DNA of 64,000 bases, from contig KZ538426.1 in assembly GCA_000934665.2 (NCBI GenBank), positions 1-64,000 of the forward strand, given 5' to 3'. The position numbers and the translations under genes were made by a program. Source of the stretch: Catajapyx aquilonaris. Its lineage: Eukaryota. The notes beneath the pieces were generated by a model. The model worked only from the letters and a program-made list of their open reading frames with translations. It was not told where the DNA came from and ran no database searches. Positions 60,801 through 64,000 of the stretch are shown one piece after another (the first letter of the stretch is position 1; every line of letters starts with the position of its first letter).

Positions 60801-63800
60801 CATTCATTGGCCACAAAAGAAACGCCTCCGACCACATATGGTCCAATTAATTATTATCTTATTCCGACTGCTGATCGAGTCCAGCAAACTTTTTCATATA
60901 TCCAGCTTTAGTAGTGGTCAGTACCATAAAAAATTGCGCATTTTTGTTTCAATGTGCCTCCAACCATGGCGTCCCCCCGAAAAAAAAACCCTGGAAAAAT
61001 GGTCTTTTGTGGCGCTTTCCAGACCGTTGAAAAGCCGGCTATATACAGAGCTCGTGAATTGCCAAGTTTGCGGATTTTACAGCCCGTGTTTATGTAAATA
61101 CGGCGCGGGTTAATGGACCAAACAGAGTGTGGGAAAAGCAAGTACCGGCGCCGCCTGTGATTATATAATTAGCCGATTAGCCTTGCGCCTGGGTTGGTGT
61201 GTTTCCGAAAGGAAGAAATGTCATACAGTGTGCGTGGAGTTGGTCACCAAGCCGATATTTAGGGCCCTCCAGCCCTTCCAACCATACACTGACATGCTCC
61301 AAATCATTATGATTACACTCTTCCTTTGAGTGCTTACTCTTTGTTTTACAACCAGAGTTTTAATGAAACGTCCAGTGCCAGGGTCGGCTCGAGTTTAAAA
61401 ATTGGGTGTAAAATATCGGTTTAAATGTAATGTACTGTATAGGTGATCAAGATTTATGTACTGTTTTCCCCCCATTTCCAATCATTATCCTCATTAATAA
61501 ACATACCCTCAAGGTGTTGTTTCATAAATTTACATATCACATCATGTTGACATTTCACCGCGTTTTAAACAATAATTGCATACATCCATGTCATGGAAAA
61601 TCAAATTCGATCAGTCACAACTTATTAAACTTGCCAACTAATAGATTTGTGATTTGCTATATGCAATGCGCTATATCATGTAGCAAAATCAGTAAATTAC
61701 AATATATGCGTTTGATAGTAATTTAATATAATATGACTATAATAATACGAATATAATGTAAAGTAATAAATTCGTAAATTACTTTAGCATCGATTATAAC
61801 TATTACAACTCTCTCTGAACTGAACCTATATAATCCCACATTATCCCATGCTCTTGCTCGCAGAACAATCCCTAAATTATACACACCGCTCGCGTATATA
61901 GAACTTAGCCGCTCATCTGCGGGACTCGTCGTATTATACTTGGGCAGCTAATTGGGACGCACCTCATAGTCCCAGGATCCTAGTCCTAATGAAGAGGCTG
62001 CTGCGGCACTTGTGGAACTGCCTGTTATACTAATGAGACGCCACTTTGGCTCGTATTCAACCCTTTGCACCCAGGCTCCCCTTGATTGTGCACTATTCAT
62101 CACTTGGCAGGAGCCACGACACTATACTATACAAAAAAATATACAGTAACTAAATAAACATCCGGCCATTTGAACTATTTTGCATTCAGGATTACATACG
62201 TGTAATGGACACGAGGTAATTATTGCACCGGTTGAAAATATCCCAAGCCCGACTTTGATTGTAGACAATCCCAATTGCTGCTGTAAGGGGGGGATCGGAG
62301 ATGCCATAAACTATCCCCAGCGCCCTGTTTTATGGCCGGAATCAAACCCAAAATTCGTGAGGTCCACTTCGAAAAAGCGGAGCCATCACAAAATAAGTGA
62401 TACGGCAGGAAGAAAGTTATGTTCTCTATTTGATCCAACTCTTCCCCCGGTATTTAAAACTTTATGAAGGCAATTGAATTTCTATACAGTGGTTGTGTGT
62501 ATATAAAAAGAATCCGATCGGTTCCGGTTGATCATTTACGACGCAATTATTTTTTATATAATAAAACATTGGGCAGAAAGGGGTTTTTGGCCCAGCTGAG
62601 AAGGATGATGATGGGGTCGAAACAATCAGCCATCATGCTCCGATCGCACGCCTTTTTACGACTCCGACCCAGACCATTAGGAGAAGATTCATCATCATCA
62701 CCATCATCGTACTTCCTTTTTTTGTACTCCAGCAGTCAGTGGTGATGATCATTTTGTTATAGTTGTTTTTCCACTCCCCCGACCTCCTTCCACAGCACCG
62801 ATCGTTTATATCCCAGGTCTTCGGAATGCTGAAGGCGCAGACGGAAATCCAACCAGAGCGGATTGCATTGTCCAAACCAAAGGGCAATAAAAAGCGGATC
62901 TGTAGGTGTTATGTGTTGCCGTCGCACTTTTATATACCGACCTGGTTTTTTTTCTGATGAGCTTGGCATGTAGTGGCTATAAAGTACCATGGGAATTGAC
63001 ATATTGATGCATGTTGACGTGGAAGTAAATGTAGTAAACATGGCTCCAGGTATTAATGAGTATGATGCGTATCTGAGATGTCTGAGCCAATAAGGCATAT
63101 CATTCTTTGGCTTTATGGCCGGAGAGAACTTCTCATGCGGGTTGATGAATGATTCAGATTTTTTTGAATTAATCAGCCTTGCGTAATTCGTCAGGTTAAC
63201 AACACTAATGGCATGCTGTAATTCGGGCTCGACTTCTATATAGGATGGGAAAAGTACCGTATATTTAATATACATACAGTGTATTTAACAAATTTAATAC
63301 CAATCTCGACATCTGGGTGTATGCAGTATAAAAGGCTTCGTCCGTCCATTGTCATGCAGGAATATCGATATGCCAGTAAAAGGATCGCGAAAAAGGCATT
63401 AGCTCCTGGGTTGGCGGAAAGGCTGTTTGCCCCGGGCAGAAAAGTACAAACGGCAAGGATACACGACAGGGGCAAGGGCAGGGGTAACAGAGGCGATAGG
63501 GACAGACAGGTAACGGTGGGACATGATTGCCCAAGGGACACTTTGGCCCCGTTGTAAATGGCGCTCGCCGATGATTGCTATTATGCTACGTCCAATGACA
63601 CATTGGCTTCATTTTACAGAACTCTGTCATTTTCTCTATAAGACGAGACAACTATGATGCATAATCTGGGCCAACACTGTACGCAACTATACGGGTTCAA
63701 GCCTTTTGTTTCCATAACTATTGTGCACTGGGTTACTGCTATAGTTTTCTTACAAAAGGCAGCAAGTTAGTAACAAAAATGGTTCGAAAGCATTTGATTA

Positions 63801-64000
63801 TATACAATATGAGGGTTCCGAAAATAAGTTTCCCTTCGCGATTATTTCCGAAAGTATATATTTTTGTAAAAATTGTACTCCATGAAGACCCTTACGGGTT
63901 CTGTAGGGGGATGGTACACCACCATTTTCCCTCAATTTTCTAAGTTAACTTCACTCCGCTGCAGGGAATCAAGGAGCTTGGGTATAAGGATAGGGATTTT

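Noticed and set aside
62757..63275. 172-aa minus-strand ORF
   Set aside because: No recognisable domain or neighbouring exons.
1..64000. CRISPR arrays, prokaryotic operons, rRNA, intact transposase/RT ORFs, Su(H) site clustering
   Set aside because: The sequence is eukaryotic, with no regularly spaced repeats or long ORFs. The scattered YGTGRGAA sites I saw are roughly the number expected by chance.

Overview
Eukaryotic, almost certainly metazoan, genomic DNA: it has GT-AG introns, frequent CpG, many G/C homopolymers and microsatellites, and a 27-N gap. The organism cannot be determined from the sequence. The only protein-coding gene I can recognise is at the extreme left: the last two exons of a P4-ATPase lipid flippase of the ATP9A/ATP9B class (+ strand, stop at 357). 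The remaining ~63 kb has no recognisable coding region, and the supplied ORF track appears to be mostly noise. This stretch looks like a gene desert or the large 5' regulatory/intronic region of an unidentified gene. It carries a tRNA-Arg-derived SINE with a probable Deu/Nin core interrupted by a 109-bp palindrome, and two further back-to-back palindromes with 1-nt loops. At 34.4-36.4 kb there is a nest of inverted-repeat DNA elements, including a 1.15-kb element with ~440-bp TIRs and Sola-like ends. There are also candidate core promoters (3.6 kb, 31.5-32 kb), an orphan GC-rich candidate exon preceded by a nuclear-receptor DR4 cluster (21.2-21.5 kb), and several CTCF-like motifs. No CRISPR array, rRNA, intact tRNA or transposase ORF was seen. 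All regulatory calls are motif-level inferences made by eye.
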